Source of the DNA: Phaeosaccion multiseriatum
Taxonomy: Eukaryota > Protista > Ochrophyta, other classes
DNA: 64,000 nt
Assembly: GCA_965112735.1 (NCBI GenBank)
Contig: OZ218952.1
Location: forward strand, 992,001-1,056,000
Direction of reading: 5' to 3'
The notes under the pieces are model-generated. The model ran no database searches, was not told where the DNA came from, and worked only from the letters and a program-made list of their open reading frames with translations. Made by a program: the position numbers and the translations under genes. Shown here one piece after another: positions 55,338 to 64,000 of this stretch (positions are counted from its first letter, which is position 1; each line of letters begins with the position of its first letter).

Positions 55338-56341
55338 GGCAGTGTTAGGTGTGAGGCCGTCTCCTCCTCCTCCTCCTCCTCCTCCTGCCTGCTGCCTGCC
55401 TGGCATTGTAGTTTTGCATTAGAAAATAGAGGGAAGAGGAAAAGAAAGAAAAGCCGTGGTATTTCTTTCACATTCTTTCTTCTTCTCTTGTAGTACTTCA
55501 CGACTTCAACAGTTAGACGTTAACCAACAAATCTAGCCCTGACCGGTGGTCATGTCGATCGAAGTCGGGTTGAAGTTTGGTTTATGTACGTGTTGGTGCC
55601 CCACGCACCACTCACAGTTGGCGATAGTTCGCGGTCTCCCTTTTAGTCCCCTTTTCAGTCCACTACGTCCTGACACCTAGTACTGCCCATGCCTTCCGTT
55701 CGAGCGCTCTCTCGCTCAGTCAGGCTAACTGCTAATACTTATAATTGTTTATATTGTGTAAGGGGGGGTAAATGCGATTTCCAGGGGGTGCCAAAGCAGG
55801 GCGGGCAGACGCGTCTGCCTCGCCCCTACTCCCATCCACGCACCCCGTTGGATTCCCGATAATCCCACTCGTCCCCCCGGGCCGGGCGGGTGGGGAAACT
55901 TTTGCTGTCGCTGCCGTCTCCTTTGCGCGGTGGACTGCTGGGCTGCTCCGCCCCTTCGGTGTCCTTCTCACCGCGCTGAGCTCTTCGGCACTTGCTACAA
56001 CTCTTGCGACGCCGTACTCGCGTCGCCTCCTCTTTTACAGTAGTGAATGCTAAATGGTAAACCCCGGTGGGGTGGGCGTCCTACGTGTCGAGCGGGCCGC
56101 TAGGCCCCTTGCGTCAGTCGGCGCGGCGTACCCTTGCCTTCAACCATTTCTTGACTGTAACACTGTAATTGCCAGTCCTCCCCGTTTCCCGAAAATAGGT
56201 TTTCGATACTATCGACTCGTAAACTCGCTCTGCTCGAAAACTACTTTTTCCTTTTTCCCTTTTTTCGGAGCCGGTCCTGCACTCCCCCTCCCCGCCCTAG
56301 AGGGGGAGTAACCGGCCCCTCGAGGGTTTGGAGACACAGCG

Positions 56342-56445
<104 letters not shown>

Positions 56446-56637
56446 CACATTCACACTTTCAGTTTCTTTTTTCCCTCTTTGAAAAGGAAGGGAAAGAAAA
56501 GAGAGAGAGAAGAGGCGGGTGCCCGGGCCTTCGATAGAGGAATCCTCCTCCCCCCCCCCCTCCCCCAGACACTTGTTCCCGCGGGAGTCCCGCGGCAGTC
56601 CCGCGGGAAAAGGGAAAAGGAGGGAGGTGAAGAGGCT

Positions 56638-57810
56638 ATGCATGAGGAGGGGGAACGAGGGGAGGGACAAGAGGAGGGCACCGCGAAGAGAAAGAAACCT
56701 GCTTCCGAAGGGGGTGACGAGGAGGGAGGCGCTGCAGCTGCTGGGGCTGCCCACCCTCCGGTCCCACCGGACTCGGGTAAAGAAGATGGCTGTGTTGAAT
56801 GCAGCGCGGATGAGGATGAAGGATGTGCGGCATCCGAAGGGACAGAGAAGGAGGTGACCTGCTTTGAAGTCTGCCACGAGGTGCTGGGAAGTCTCGGGCT
56901 GCTCCGCGTCATGTTGGAGCACGTGGGAGACGGGCATTTCATCTTTGTGGCTGGTGCGTGTAAGGTGTGGAGGACACAATACACCGCCTTGTATCCAGCC
57001 ACAGAGACTAACTTCTCGTCTATGGTGAGCTCTGTCGAGCGCATGGAATGGGCGACGAGGCATGGCCTGGAGCTGAGTGAGAATGTCTTCGACGCTGCTG
57101 TCAAGCATGGGGATGTCCACGTGTGCAAGGCCCTTCATGGCAAGGGTTGTCCCTGGAATGACCAGTTGTGTGGCGCAACGGCTACCAATAAGGAGCATGG
57201 CCTCAGCATTGTTCAATGGCTGGAAGCAGACGAACTTGGCGAAAATGGTCCTTCCGGCGGATCAAGGACAAAGTGGCCGTGGCCCTATGACATGTGCGCC
57301 TATGCTGCAGAGGAAGGCAATCTGGAGATGCTGGAGTGGCTTCTTGATGAGAATGGGGGAAATTACTGCATGGGGTCATGCACTTGGCAGTGTGCGTGTA
57401 CAGGAGGGCACATTCCCATCGTGGAGTTCCTGCTGAATTACCTTGAGTCTGGAGCCGCCGCACTTGACGATGAATTTCCTGACCTCATGGTGGGGCATAG
57501 CATAGCTGCCGAACGGGGCCACCTTGAGGTACTGCAGCTTCTCCACGCCAAGGCTCCCAACCTCTGCGAATGGGATACTGACATCTGTTCTTCGGCAGTC
57601 ATGGCCAAGAGCCTGGCGACACTCAAGTGGCTCCGGTCGGAACAAGTGCAGTGTCCATGGGACGCGCGTTCCTGTCCGCAGGTCATCAGGGACAATGAGA
57701 TTTATGAAAACAAGTTTGACGGTGAAGAGTGGGATATTAGTGACGCCGCTTTCAAGGAGATGAAGCAGTGGGTGCATGCCCATGGACACCCCTGTGCCTG
57801 CGAGGACTGA
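56638..57810 (+). CDS. Ankyrin-like repeat protein of the 'GCPW/CPWD' type found in algae and giant viruses; intronless
   Basis: F-box-like LRVMLEHVGDGHFIFVAGACKVWR followed by repeats AVKHGDVHVCKALHGKGCPWN, AAEEGNLEMLEWL, ACTGGHIPIVEFL, AAERGHLEVLQLL, LKWLRSEQVQCPWD. Confidence 0.85.
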   Translation: MHEEGERGEGQEEGTAKRKKPASEGGDEEGGAAAAGAAHPPVPPDSGKEDGCVECSADEDEGCAASEGTEKEVTCFEVCHEVLGSLGLLRVMLEHVGDGHFIFVAGACKVWRTQYTALYPATETNFSSMVSSVERMEWATRHGLELSENVFDAAVKHGDVHVCKALHGKGCPWNDQLCGATATNKEHGLSIVQWLEADELGENGPSGGSRTKWPWPYDMCAYAAEEGNLEMLEWLLDENGGNYCMGSCTWQCACTGGHIPIVEFLLNYLESGAAALDDEFPDLMVGHSIAAERGHLEVLQLLHAKAPNLCEWDTDICSSAVMAKSLATLKWLRSEQVQCPWDARSCPQVIRDNEIYENKFDGEEWDISDAAFKEMKQWVHAHGHPCACED

Positions 57811-58462
57811 TAATGTAAGAGTCTCACGTGTGGAGACGAGTGTGAGGTGGAAGAGCACAGAGACAGGACAAGAGCAGAGTGTTGTTGTTGTTGTTGTTGT
57901 TGTTGATGTTCGTGGGAAGGAGCTCCAGAGACAGGACAAGAACAGAGTGTTGCTGTTGGAAGAGAAGCTCGTCGCCGCCGCGTGTGTGGACATGTACGCA
58001 ATGCATGTACACAGCAGCCCAAGGGCATCGGCAGTGTGTCGCATCCCACACGTTTGTATATAGAGAGAGCGAGCAGCAGGGGGAGAGGGTGCGAAGAAGT
58101 GGGGCGCAGAGGGACTAGAGCAGAGTATCACCCTTTGAAGGGACGGTTCCCTCTCTTGCTGTCATCCTTCTCTGTCACGCCAACATTTGCGCTCTTTTGG
58201 ATACTACTACTACTATAAAAGAAGTAATAAAATAATACATTTGGAAGGTCCGTGTATTCTTCGTGTGGACCCTGTTCTGTATGTGTTCGGCGCCGTGCTT
58301 TGGCCCGACCCCGACCCCGACCAGCTGACCCCTTCCCGTCTCGCTTCAGGACCGAAGTACCTCAGCGTGTTTCGGCACACTCACCCTTCCCCACCTTTGC
58401 CTCCATCTCCACCCCCCCCCCCGGTGTCTGGCTACAAGCAAGAGAGCCCCACAGCCCCCCAG

Positions 58463-59286
58463 CGGCAAGAGAAGACATATCTATCCGCCGCGTGGCTGAG
58501 AGAGACGCTGAGCGCAACTCCTACCTGGTGGGGTTTACGCACGACATACAACAAAGGGAATGAGCGTACCGCACTATATGCTCAGGGTGCAGATGCTTCC
58601 GCCCTCCCCTCACCATGTCCCTTCTCTCTTGCTTACGTACTACACAGAAAGGGAATTACGTAACACACTCTATGCTCAGGGTGCAGATGCTTCCGCCCTC
58701 CCCTCACCATGTCCCTCTCTCTTCTCTCTCCTCCCCTTCGAGGAGACTTTGTGGTCACCATAAGATCACCATAAGGTCACCATAAGGTCACATAACATAA
58801 GGTCAACATAAGGTGGTGGCCTTGCCGAGGTCCACGTTAGTACTCGAGAGAAACATTGTTCTGCTGGTCCCAGCACAGCACAGCCGACCGCAGCGAAGGC
58901 ACAGCACAGCACACAGCTGGCCAGAGCAGAGCAGAGCAGAGCAGAGCAGAGCAGAGCAGTTGGTGATACAGAGCACAGCAAAACAGAGAAGTGCAGGACG
59001 CTGGTGCACATCCGCTGTGTGGTGGGGAGTGAGGCAGGTGGGTAAGACAGGGAAGATGACTCGATCCGAAGTCTGTCGTCTCCCCTCCCCGCCCCACTCC
59101 AACGTATGTAGGGCTACGTAACTACGTACGTGATGGCCATGACCACCTCGTGGAGCTGTCCGCGCCTGTTCCGGCGCTGCAAGGAGGGGCCCTCGTGGAA
59201 GTGCGTGTTCTTTGCCGTCCCTCTCTCTCTCTCCCTCCCTTCCTTTCCACAGATGGCACTCATATCCAAACTGAACACTGACGTGG
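58463..59286 (+). CDS. Probable small-exon gene of unknown function (partial; start and end not resolved)
   Basis: AG/GT-bounded exons 58463-58527, 58813-58835, 58997-59037, 59112-59200, 59253-59286 join in phase: AREDISIRRVAERDAERNSYL-VVALPRST-TLVHIRCVVGSEA-GLRNYVRDGHDHLVELSAPVPALQGGALVE-MALISKLNTDV. The intervening segments are repeat-filled like other introns in this window. Confidence 0.45.
58578..58812 (+). repeat. ~46-bp direct repeat x2 plus a degenerate 11-bp (GGTCACCATAA) tandem array
   Basis: tatgctcagggtgcagatgcttccgccctcccctcaccatgtccct at ~58578 and ~58671; ggtcaccataa-like units across 58753-58812. Confidence 0.85.
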
Positions 59287-59474
59287 GTGAGTGCGTCAGC
59301 AGCCGCGGCAGCCGTGCAGTGGGGCAGTCGCCCACTCGAGACCGAATGAGGTATGGACCCCTTGCTTGACCTTCTCCAGCCGGCGGAAGGCACAGAGCCA
59401 TTGCCAGCCTGCTGTGCTGTTGCTGCAAAACCAACTGCCGGTCCTGCTGCTGCTGCTGGTGCTGCTGCTGCTGC

Positions 59475-59652
<178 letters not shown>

Positions 59653-60005
59653 GCTGTTGTTGCCCTCAGTACACCTCCCCGCCCCCCTCCTCGCCAGGTC
59701 GAAGGCCCTCACTAGCAGGCTGCTGCTGCGAAGCCCCCCCCGCCCCCTCTGTCCAAGCAGCAAAGAAGGGAGTTCGGGTCTCTCTCTCTCGTTCTCTCTC
59801 GTTCTCTCTCTCTCTCTCTCTCGTTCTCTCCCGCCAGCCGTCTCGCAGCCTTTGTTCTTGCCTGCTGTCGCGGCAGCCTGAGAGTCATCCCTGCTTCCGG
59901 CCTCTTTCATTCCTTTCCTTCCGCTGCCCAGTGCACGAACAAAGGACGTGAGGCAAAAGGCAGCAAAGGCAAAGCACTACTGTATAATAGTCTCATGAAA
60001 ACTTC

Positions 60006-60309
60006 TCATTCCTTCCTCCCTCGACAAAGGAGATAAACCTCCGTGGACTGCTTCCTGGAGGCCTTTGGTTTGATGGCCCGCACGCTGCTAAAATGCCGTG
60101 CTGCCTCGTCCTTCAGCTCCTTCTCGTCTGGGCCCATGAGGAACTTGCCCACAAAGGTTTCCGCACGTACGTCCACGGCAAAGTCCAGGGCCTGCAGACA
60201 GAGGGTCAGCGTCTGCAGATGGTCCGTTTCGTGGTCGCCGGAGAAGGAAGGGGCCATGTCTGTCATGACCACGTCGGCCGAGCCAGCAGGACCCAGAAGA
60301 CGCTTCACC

Positions 60310-60376
<67 letters not shown>

Positions 60377-60378
60377 GG

Positions 60379-60463
<85 letters not shown>

Positions 60464-60971
60464 GGTGTTGTTGTTGTTGTTGTTGGTGGTGGTGGTGTCG
60501 GATGTTAGGTATGTCGATGTGATGATGTCATACGTTCCGTGTTCAGGGGTAGGCATTCAAGAGGGAAGGAATATGCATGTTCGTATTTACGTATGTTCAT
60601 GTCAGGCATTCGAGAGGGAAGGACAAGGGGCATTCGAGGGGAAGGACGCATCCACCAAGCAGGGTGAGGGACAGCAAGAGTCGCCATATTGACGAATGGG
60701 AATCAACCTAAGAAGGGAAGGAGATGGTCAGGTGTAGCGGGAATGTCAATTGTGCTTCTGTGGAACAAGCTGTTGTTTCTCCCGTGAGGACTCCTGTTTT
60801 GTACTCTTACCACGGAGGAGGGTAGCCATCACCCTGCGTAAATCTCTCTTCTGTGCCCTATACGTATCTCTCTCCCTCCCTCTCCCCTTCTCTGTCGCGT
60901 CTCTCTCTCCCTCCCCCTTCTCTCTCCCTTACATACTCGTATCTCCTCACGCACTCCCTCCCCCCATTTCC

Positions 60972-61005
<34 letters not shown>

Positions 61006-61022
61006 GTGTCTGTCTGTCTCTC

Positions 61023-61063
<41 letters not shown>

Positions 61064-61463
61064 ACAGCCCCCGTCCCCCCCTCACCTCATCTTGGCAAGC
61101 CCCATCCATGAAGTCAGCCAGCACGACGTCCACCCCCGGGATGGGGTCGATGGGGAGCAGGTCCACCGCAACGACTCTTCCTTCCCTGCCCACGCACTTT
61201 GCAGCCACGGCTGAGAACCCACCGGGGGCGGCCCCGAGGTCGACCACACTAGTTTTTTAGGGAAGAGAGAAGGTAGGGGGGGGAAAGGGTAGGTATGGCA
61301 GGCAGGTGGGTGGGTGGGTAGGTGCAGGGAGATTCAAGGAAGAGACAGGGGCTCTCACTCAATGACATTGTCGTGACCCTTCTCCCTCCCTACTTTCACG
61401 AAGTAACCGGTAATCACTCCTCCCTCAACCTCCCTCTCTCCCCTCCCTTGCTCCCTCTCTCTC

Positions 61464-61515
<52 letters not shown>

Positions 61516-62077
61516 CTCTTCCCCCTTCCCTCTCCTCTCCCTCCTTACCGTTGCCCTCGGGATAGGAAGCGGTGCTTCTGTTGCATCTCCTGCAGCTTGA
61601 AAGCGGCCCGAGAGGCGTAGCCCTCCTCCTGCGCCTTCTTCACGTACGGGTCCTGTGTGCACACCGAGGCCAGCAGCCGCCAGCAGCACGGGTTTGAGAT
61701 ACCCGTAACGAAAAGAGGCGGACAAGAAATGGTTAGGGACGCCCCTCCTCTTTCCACTGACCTCACAGAGGCGTCTATACAGCAACGAGACGAGGAAGAA
61801 GAGCGAGCGGGCGGGCACAACCCACCTCCAACCCACTGACCTTCATGTGTCTCTCCATCCACCACGACGTTTTCCCTTTCGAGACCTTGAGACGCTGGGG
61901 CCTGCGCGTCTCCAATCGCGCCCTCTTTTTGCCGCTGCTACCGCTCACAATACCACCGCCCGCGCTCGAGAAAGGCCTCCAGGAGGAGGGGCCCCCTGTG
62001 GATGAGCAGAGGAGCCAAGGTCTTTCTGGCCTGAGGAGCGTTGTACACGTTGCTTTTATCTTCAGCAGTAGAGACAT
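60006..62077 (-). CDS. rlmE: RlmE/FtsJ-family rRNA 2'-O-methyltransferase, probably organellar (MRM2-like); 4 exons
   Basis: Exons 62077-61841, 61652-61549, 61248-61086, 60308-60006. Motifs: [84 protein letters not shown]. Confidence 0.92.
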
Positions 62078-62261
62078 TGTTCTTATGAATGGGTCCTTGG
62101 GAGGAAAAGGGACTAGAGAGGGGAAGGTGAGCAAAGAGCAGCCTCAGAAGCGGTAATTGTGGGGTGGGTCCGACCTGATGGAAAAAACATTACTTTTATG
62201 CAGCCGCCTTCTTCAAATTCCCCCCTCCCCCAAGATTCACACTCTTTCTCTAACAGGAGCC

Positions 62262-63277
62262 ATGCTCTCCCGCGTGTGCCAAGTGCTGTGTGCTGCTCTT
62301 GTGTGCCTGGCATTGGGAGGCTACACGGCTTGCGCCTTCCTCGTGTGCACTCCACATATGGTCATCGAAAGCACAAGAGGGGGGACGGCCCTTGGAGCAA
62401 GTAGCAGTAGCAGCAGCAGGGCCAGCTTCCTTAGGAAAGCGCTCACTACTACTTTGACTACCGCGACGCTGGCATCTGCTGTTGCCGCGCAAGCCGATGA
62501 GTATGGCCCGGGGCCGGGCCCGCCCAAGCTGGAAAAGAACCCGGGAGATGTGTGTGTGGTGAGTGTTCCACTCCTCCATACCCCGAACACTCTGGCTTTC
62601 TCAGCACCTTCCTCTCTCTCTCTCCCTCTCCCCATCGATTTCTCTCTCTATCCTCTTGTCTCTTTCTCTTTCTCTCCCCTCTCCCTCTCACGCTCTCTCT
62701 CCCCTCCTCTCTCCCTCTCCCTCTCCCTCTCCTTTTCCCTGTCCCTCTCCTGTCCAGCGGCGGGCCCTGAATGGGATTTGCGAAGAGTATGGCATGGCAC
62801 CCCAACCAGCAGTGGCAGAAGAAGATGAGGCAGCCAAAACACTGAGAGAGAAGGCCGAGAAGGCCAAAGCGGTGAGCAAAATCGACGGCGCAGATACGAG
62901 CGACCTCATTACAAAGCTCAAGAAGCAAACGGAGGACAATAAAGCCAAGAACAACGCTGACATTGAGCAGAAAACTTTTTTGAACAATCAGGCGGGCGAG
63001 TTCGGGTGAGTGAGTGAGTGAGTGAGTGGGCGCGTGCGTGCGCTCCGGGAGGAACGGGGGGTCGAGGCGGGCACCTTGAAGTGGGCCGGGAGGGGAAGGG
63101 ACATCTCTCCTCTTCTTCTTGCATGTACGTGTATGCCTAAATGTATCGTGACATCATCCGTCTTCACCTGTTACTGCTGCTACTGCTGCGTGGAGTGTGT
63201 GCTCTTGGTTGGCCCCTTTGGCGTGCCTCTTTTCTCTTACCCCTCCCGCACCTCTCGCCGCGTTGTTGTTTTTTGTG

Positions 63278-63329
<52 letters not shown>

Positions 63330-63516
63330 GTGCGTGTGTGTCTGTGTCTGTCTGTGTGTGTGTGTGTGTGTCCCGCTACGTAACAGACCCTTCAGTAGGT
63401 ATGTTCCGGTGAAGCACCCCAACAGTGCGGACTACGAACTCGTCATGATCCGCGACCTCGGCAGGCTCCAGGACGAGGGGAAGATCGACAAGTCGGGGAA
63501 GTACTTCGTCGAGTAG
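62262..63516 (+). CDS. Putative thylakoid-lumen protein with a tripartite presequence; 3 exons
   Basis: Exons 62262-62558, 62758-63005, 63387-63516. Signal peptide ending ..TACAF, a Tat-like SRASFLR followed by a hydrophobic stretch and an AQA|DE cleavage site. Mature part: DVCVRRALNGICEEYG..DLITKLKKQTEDNKAKN..FGPFSRYVPV. Confidence 0.72.
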
Positions 63517-64000
63517 CCTCGAGTAGGCTCAGTGTCAAGCAGAGCAGTAGGCTCAATGTCAAGCAGAGCGAGGCGTGTGGGGTTGAGGGGGTGGGGTGTC
63601 GGGGGCTGTGGGGACACATAAGTACGTTAAGCCCACCCTACCCTCTCTGTATACAGAGGCGGGGAGGGGCGGGGAGGGGCGGAGCGCCTCTCGAGCGAGA
63701 GTGCGGTGACGGCTGTGGGATCATCCCGAAGCAGAGCCAGAGGAGCGAGGTTGGTTGGCTTGCAAGCATGGAGAGGAGGAGCGAACGAGGCACTTTAGTT
63801 TGTAGGGCGACGCAGGAAGTCAGGAAGGACCCATCAAGCGAGCGAGGCTCTGCAGCTTACCCTTGGCGGGTAGGGCAAAGTTCGCTGCTGCGGTGGGCGC
63901 TGTGATGGAAAGCGGCAGTCTCTTGCTGAGTTGAGTTGAGTTGGTAGATTGATTGGTTGATTGATTGATTGACCCAACGAGGGGCCTTGGTCACGCCGCG

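Overview
Gene-dense eukaryotic nuclear DNA with GT-AG spliceosomal introns packed with microsatellites. The host is most likely a flagellated photosynthetic stramenopile (ochrophyte). This is an inference from signal-peptide+'AF' plastid-targeting presequences, a plastid-type ThiO and CFAP46. Most long ORFs in the supplied track are microsatellite artefacts. Spliced gene models in order: DUF819 membrane protein (+); SAP30-Sin3-binding/SGF29-Tudor/winged-helix fusion (+); ZC3H3-like CCCH protein (-); glycine oxidase ThiO with a long acidic tail (+); unknown protein (-); 13-exon CFAP46 (+); an ~8.5-kb tandem duplication carrying a WD40 gene (-) and a SNF5-like/PHD/bromodomain/AT-hook gene (+); an intronless ankyrin-like gene (+); a probable small-exon gene (+); RlmE/MRM2 (-); and a thylakoid-lumen-targeted protein (+). 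The most striking unexplained signal is the 11-mer GTTGGTGATAC/GTATCACCAAC (extended consensus CAGTTGGTGATACAG). I counted 18 exact copies (15 independent of the duplication) in exons in several frames and on both strands, in introns, next to gene 3' ends and in a promoter, against about 0.03 expected by chance. All exon coordinates were derived by eye.
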